A stretch of 64,000 nt of DNA from Octopus sinensis (Eukaryota), in contig NC_043015.1 in assembly GCF_006345805.1 (NCBI RefSeq), forward strand, positions 45,756,001 to 45,820,000, in the 5' to 3' direction. The position numbers were made by a program, and so were the translations under genes. A model generated the notes under the pieces. The model was given only the letters and a program-made list of their open reading frames with translations, was not told where the DNA came from and searched no databases. Of this stretch, positions 63,058 through 64,000 are shown piece by piece (position 1 is the stretch's first letter; each line of letters starts with the position of its first letter).

Positions 63058-63369
63058 CACACACATATATATATTGTTGTTGTTGTTGGTATCCTTTTTG
63101 TCTCATATATATATGTATGTATATATATATATGAGTGTGTGTATGTGTGTGTGTATATGTTGTGTATCTGTGTTTGTCCCCCCAACATCGCTTGACAACC
63201 GATGCTGGTGTGTTTACGTCCCCGTACCTTAGCGGTTCGGCAAAAGAGACCAATAGAATAAGTACTAGGCTTACAAAGAATAAGTCCTGGGGTCGATATG
63301 ATTCGACTAAAAGCGGTGCTCCAGCATGGCCGCCGTCAAATGACTGAAACAAGTAAAAGAGAGAGTAAG

Positions 63370-63582
63370 AGTATTGCCTCCCATAATATAGAAACATTTG
63401 TCATGGCGCCAGCAGAGAAACTGGAAAGGAGGATGGCGAGGGAGATGCACTGGAACAACCACTCTGACACCCATCTCTGCTCTGATAGTGTTGAGCAGGG
63501 ATATGGTCTGGGGACCAAGGGTGCTGGAGGTCTCTCAATCGCCACAGGTTCGAGCATAAACCTGGCAGAAAGCGACCGATAC
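63370..63582 (-). mobile_element. CRE/NeSL-type restriction-like endonuclease fragment
   Basis: Frameshifted minus translation KYRSLSARFMLEPVAIETSSTLGPQTISLL...EWLFQCISLAIL resembles KY...F.P.A.ET.G..G...L.QRISLAIQRGN. Confidence 0.6.
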
Positions 63583-64000
63583 TCTTTCTCTATTTACTTG
63601 TTTCAGTCATTTGACTGCGGCCATGCTGGAGCACCACCTTTAGTTGAGCAAATCGACCCCGGGATTTATTCTTTGTAAGCCCAGTACTTATTCTATCAAT
63701 CTCTGTTGCCGAACCGCTAAGTTACGGGGACGTAAACACACCAGCATCGGTTGTCAAGCGATGTTGGGGGGGGGGGACAAACACAGACACACAAACATAT
63801 ACACACACATACATATATATATACATATATATGACAGGCTTCTTTCAGTTTCCATCTACCAAATCCACTCACAAGGCATTGGTCGGCCCAAGACTATAGC
63901 AGAAGACACTTGCCCAAGATGCCACGCAGTGGGACTGAACCCGGAACTATGTGGTTGGTAAGCAAGCTACTTACCACACAGCCACTCCTGCATACCTGCA

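Noticed and set aside
55051-64000. Lipase exon 2 (expected S-x-x-I-x-x-x-G-Y-P-x-E...T-x-D-G-Y-I-L)
   Set aside because: No such sequence was found by eye in the unique segments; it probably lies beyond the window.

Overview
AT-rich, microsatellite- and SINE-dense eukaryotic genomic DNA. The repeat content suggests a coleoid cephalopod, probably Octopus (inference). (1) Positions 362-10987 (+) hold the last four coding exons of an RSF1 (remodeling and spacing factor 1) orthologue, with consistent splice phases. The ~4.1-kb terminal exon adds a huge Ala/Lys/Thr/Ser/Pro tail with >30 S/T-P-x-K motifs and has a 1-bp frameshift at ~9930. (2) Positions ~12-54.7 kb are an intergenic transposon graveyard: four SINE families, piggyBac derivatives and TTAA MITEs, a maT-like transposase, tandem Helitrons, and CR1, RTE, R4/Dong and Penelope fragments. 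It also contains a 6.8-kb, 20-bp-unit satellite at 36714-43494. (3) Positions 54829-55050 (+) are the first coding exon of an acid-lipase (LIPA/LIPF-like) gene; its first intron appears to fill the rest of the window. The most unusual signals are the histone-H1-like, palindrome-encoded RSF1 tail; the satellite whose C-variant monomers carry TTAAGGTCA / DR2-like nuclear-receptor motifs; perfect DNA palindromes centred on half hammerhead-ribozyme motifs; a fixed-length 383-bp LINE-tail element encoding three C2H2 fingers; and SINEs inserted as head-plus-multimer arrays. No CRISPR array, rRNA or genuine tRNA gene was found. All calls were made by eye, without database searches.
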